A DNA stretch of 64,000 nucleotides, taken from contig CALSSJ010000005.1 in assembly GCA_943788985.1 (NCBI GenBank), positions 1 to 64,000 on the forward strand. The letters are read 5' to 3'. Shown piece by piece: positions 61,098-64,000 of this stretch. Made by a program: the position numbers and the translations under genes. Within the stretch, counting starts at the first letter, position 1. The number at the start of each line of letters is the position of its first letter. The notes under the pieces were generated by a model. The model saw nothing but the letters and a program-made list of their open reading frames with translations, was not told where the DNA came from and did no database searches. The DNA comes from an uncultured Lentisphaerales bacterium (GTDB lineage Bacteria; Verrucomicrobiota; Lentisphaeria; JABSQK01; UBA12247).

Positions 61098-64000
61098 ATG
61101 TTTCGATTTATTCGACCGTTGCTGGTGATGCTCGCCGCCGGCTCCCTATCGGCTCAACAAGCTGATTTGAGTCTGGGCAGTACGTCTTTGTTGGGGGCGG
61201 CTAGTGGAGACAATCTTGGGGCTGATGGTGCTGTGGCGGTGGGAGATTTTAACGGGGACGGTGCTGTCGATTTGGCAATCGCCAGTCCGGGTGCGGATGC
61301 ACCGGGAGGTACTCGGCCGGACGCTGGTTCCGTGGCCATCGTGTTTGGTGGCGCCGCGTTCCCAGCTGTGACCGATTTAGCCGGAACGTTTGGCGCGGTT
61401 GCCGACGTGTTGATTTACGGTGCTGGGGCGTTTGATCGTCTCGGTAGCGATGGTGGGTTGCTGTTTGCAGATTTGAATGGCGATGGGCGCGATGAGTTGG
61501 TGATCACAGCGTCGGAAGCAGATGGGCCTGGGAACGGGCGTCCTGGCTGTGGCGAGGTGTACATCATCGCTGGCCAGGTCGCTCCCCCTGTAACGATCGA
61601 TCTGGCGGTGGATCCACAAGTTACCACGGTCTATGGTGCTGAGCCGGATGACCGCATCGGCATTCATGGCGCTTTAGCGGCAGGCGACTGGAACGATCAG
61701 GGGCCGGTGGATCTGGCGATTGGCGCTTACCTGGCGGATGGGCCCGGTAACAGCAGGAATGCTGCTGGCGAGGTGTATATCCTGTTCGGACGCGTTGCCT
61801 TTGACTGGCCAGCATCGCTGGATTTGGCGACGCAGGCAAGCATGAGAATTGCCGGCCATCGGGCGGGAGATTCGCTGAGCCGTGATGGGGCGCTTGTCAG
61901 TGGCGACTTGAATCATGACGGTGTCGCGGATCTCGTCGTCGGGGCGGAACACGCCGATGGACCTGATGAGCGTCGCCAACAGGCCGGCCATGTGTATGTC
62001 CTCTATGGAAGTGCGAGCTGGGGCGGACTCTACGATTTGGCAGCGACACCCGCCGATGTGACCATTCATGGGGCCAATGCAGGCGATAATCTATCAGACG
62101 GTAACGCAATTTTAGTCGGCGATTTTGACGGCGATGGTGTGGGCCCAGATAGCGGGCATGATCTGATTATCGGTGCCTCTTTTTCGGACGGCCTGTGGGA
62201 GGGCCGCAGTGATTCTGGAGCAATCTTCTTCCTACGGGGAGGAAGCCTAGCACCTGTGATCGACTTAGATTTGAACCAGGCCGATGTGGTGATTTACGGT
62301 GCCGACGCTGGCGACCGTCTGAGCGGCGATGGGAGCATGCTGCTGGCAGATTTTGATGGCGACGGCATTCTTGATTTGGCGATGGCTGCAATTTTTGGCG
62401 ATGGTCCCGGTGAGGACCGCCCCGAGGCTGGCGAAGCATACGTAATTCGTGGTGGCCCAGGCTTGCCCTGGCTCCTCGATTTGGCGGTTGGTGATGCGGA
62501 CTCCGTGGTCTACGGGGCGGATGCCGGTGACTTTGTCGGGCGTGGAAACGGGATCGGCGCTGGCGACTTCAATAATGACGGTTTTGCAGATTTGATTTTG
62601 GTGGGTTTTGGTGCGGATGGCCCCGGCGAGTTGCGTGACTCTGCGGGTGAGGCCTATATCCTTCGCGGCAATGTCCTGTTGCCGCCAGCACGGGACCTGC
62701 GCCGGCACGAAGAGGATTTTATCGTCTACGGCGCTTCGGCTGGGGATACGCTGGGGATCGATGGTAGCGTCATCGCCGGTGACTTTAACGGGGACGACTT
62801 TGATGACTTGCTCATAGGGGCCCCGTTTGCTGATGGACCGGGCGGAAGAAGCGGCTCCGGGCAGGCTGGCCTGATTTCCGGCTCGGAGTTTCCGCCGGCA
62901 ATCAAAGTGACAAACGGGCCGCTGCCGACCGAAGTACGAATCGGTGAAACCCACACGTTCTCCTTTGATATCTTTTCGAAGGATGGGCAGCTTGCAGATT
63001 TCGTAATCACCGACCTGATTCCTGACGGCTTTCAGTTTGTGCCGGGCACCTTTGCCATCTCCACGAGCAATGCTGGCATATCCATTGATTACGTGGATGA
63101 AGCCACGAACCTCACAGATGCCCCGGGGCTTTTGACAATCGAAGTTGGAATTAATAATACCGCAGATGGCGACTTTACAAACGACCTGTTTGCGATCTCG
63201 TTTGACGTGCTGATTGCCAATGATGCGGTGAACCAGAACGAAGACGTGCGGAGCAATGTGATTAACGCGCACAACGGTCTGTTCGCCGCATTCGTCGCTC
63301 ACGATATTACGATTATCGAGCCAGTGCTACAGATTCTGAAATCGGTCATTGAACCCGATCCGCTGTCCGATCTTGACGCTGGCGACCCGTTGACCTATGA
63401 ATTGACGATCCAACATGCGCCGGCGAGCCTGTCGAACGCGTATGAGGTCCAAGTAGATGACGTCCTAGTGAACGCCACCGATGTCATGCTGGTCACGCAG
63501 ATTCGTTCGGTCACGAACAATGGCGCCGCGATTATTCTGGACTTTGGGATCGGCGGCAACCAGCAGAGCATCAACGGTCTGTTCGATCTCCCCTTGGATG
63601 CGAGCATTGTCCTCGTGTACGACGCGGTAATCCAAAATTCGGTAGCTCCTGGTCAAGCGATTCCCAATGCCGCCCACATGACTTGGTCTAGCCTGGCTGG
63701 CTTTCAGCCAAATGAGCGTACTGGGACAATGGTCGGTGCCAATGACCACGTGGCCAGTGCCCAGGTATACCTTGAAATCACGGACCGGCCGCACGTGGAC
63801 CATTTGTTTGCGCCGGCGTCCTTGACCATCGGCGAAGTGGGGCGCATGCAGCTTCGGATAGATCTCATTGAGGGGATCACGGCCAATACGGTGGTCACGA
63901 ACGACCTGCCTACTGGGTTTGCATACCTGCCGGACAGCGTGGATGTCACGGTTCCGGGACCGCCGCAACTCGAGCAGACTGTGGTAAGCATTAATGGTAC
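61098..64000 (+). CDS. Large secreted adhesin: eight FG-GAP (integrin-alpha-like) repeats followed by DUF11/isopeptide-type pilin domains; runs off the window
   Basis: Translated by hand: MFRFIRPLLVMLAAGSLSA, GDFNGDGAVDLAI, ADLNGDGRDELVI ... GDFNGDDFDDLLIGAPFAD; then IGETHTF...TDLIPDGFQFVPGT and DAGDPLTYELTI. Confidence 0.88.
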   Translation, partial: MFRFIRPLLVMLAAGSLSAQQADLSLGSTSLLGAASGDNLGADGAVAVGDFNGDGAVDLAIASPGADAPGGTRPDAGSVAIVFGGAAFPAVTDLAGTFGAVADVLIYGAGAFDRLGSDGGLLFADLNGDGRDELVITASEADGPGNGRPGCGEVYIIAGQVAPPVTIDLAVDPQVTTVYGAEPDDRIGIHGALAAGDWNDQGPVDLAIGAYLADGPGNSRNAAGEVYILFGRVAFDWPASLDLATQASMRIAGHRAGDSLSRDGALVSGDLNHDGVADLVVGAEHADGPDERRQQAGHVYVLYGSASWGGLYDLAATPADVTIHGANAGDNLSDGNAILVGDFDGDGVGPDSGHDLIIGASFSDGLWEGRSDSGAIFFLRGGSLAPVIDLDLNQADVVIYGADAGDRLSGDGSMLLADFDGDGILDLAMAAIFGDGPGEDRPEAGEAYVIRGGPGLPWLLDLAVGDADSVVYGADAGDFVGRGNGIGAGDFNNDGFADLILVGFGADGPGELRDSAGEAYILRGNVLLPPARDLRRHEEDFIVYGASAGDTLGIDGSVIAGDFNGDDFDDLLIGAPFADGPGGRSGSGQAGLISGSEFPPAIKVTNGPLPTEVRIGETHTFSFDIFSKDGQLADFVITDLIPDGFQFVPGTFAISTSNAGISIDYVDEATNLTDAPGLLTIEVGINNTADGDFTNDLFAISFDVLIANDAVNQNEDVRSNVINAHNGLFAAFVAHDITIIEPVLQILKSVIEPDPLSDLDAGDPLTYELTIQHAPASLSNAYEVQVDDVLVNATDVMLVTQIRSVTNNGAAIILDFGIGGNQQSINGLFDLPLDASIVLVYDAVIQNSVAPGQAIPNAAHMTWSSLAGFQPNERTGTMVGANDHVASAQVYLEITDRPHVDHLFAPASLTIGEVGRMQLRIDLIEGITANTVVTNDLPTGFAYLPDSVDVTVPGPPQLEQTVVSING

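Overview
GC-rich bacterial window, most likely from a PVC-superphylum organism (Lentisphaerae/Kiritimatiellae-like). This is inferred from the sulfatases, prepilin/H-X9-DG proteins, autotransporter-associated repeat protein and Akkermansia-like pilus genes. Four coherent modules stand out. (1) A photoprotection locus (12.8-22.4 kb): photolyase, a B12-binding CarH/LitR-type regulator with a visible 11-bp direct-repeat operator, and an 8-gene furan/cyclopropane fatty-acid-type operon. (2) An intact three-gene candidate anti-phage system (22.8-30.2 kb): a HIT-PLD-SF2 helicase-S24 fusion, a tandem wHTH plus PD-(D/E)XK protein, and a SauUSI-like PLD-helicase-DUF3427 protein. (3) Housekeeping genes: purU, a sulfatase, a tandem glycine riboswitch with gcvP, alr and yceH. 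(4) A T2SS/type IV pilus operon (42.3-57.4 kb) containing a ~2300-aa cadherin-like repeat protein with a serine protease inserted inside one repeat. A large FG-GAP adhesin runs off the right end and is absent from the ORF track. Many genes carry single-base frameshifts (probably sequencing error). Several are truncated at abrupt joins or internally deleted, so some junctions may be assembly artefacts. Several REP/MITE-like repeat families occupy the intergenic spaces. All family calls come from motif recognition by eye; no searches were run.
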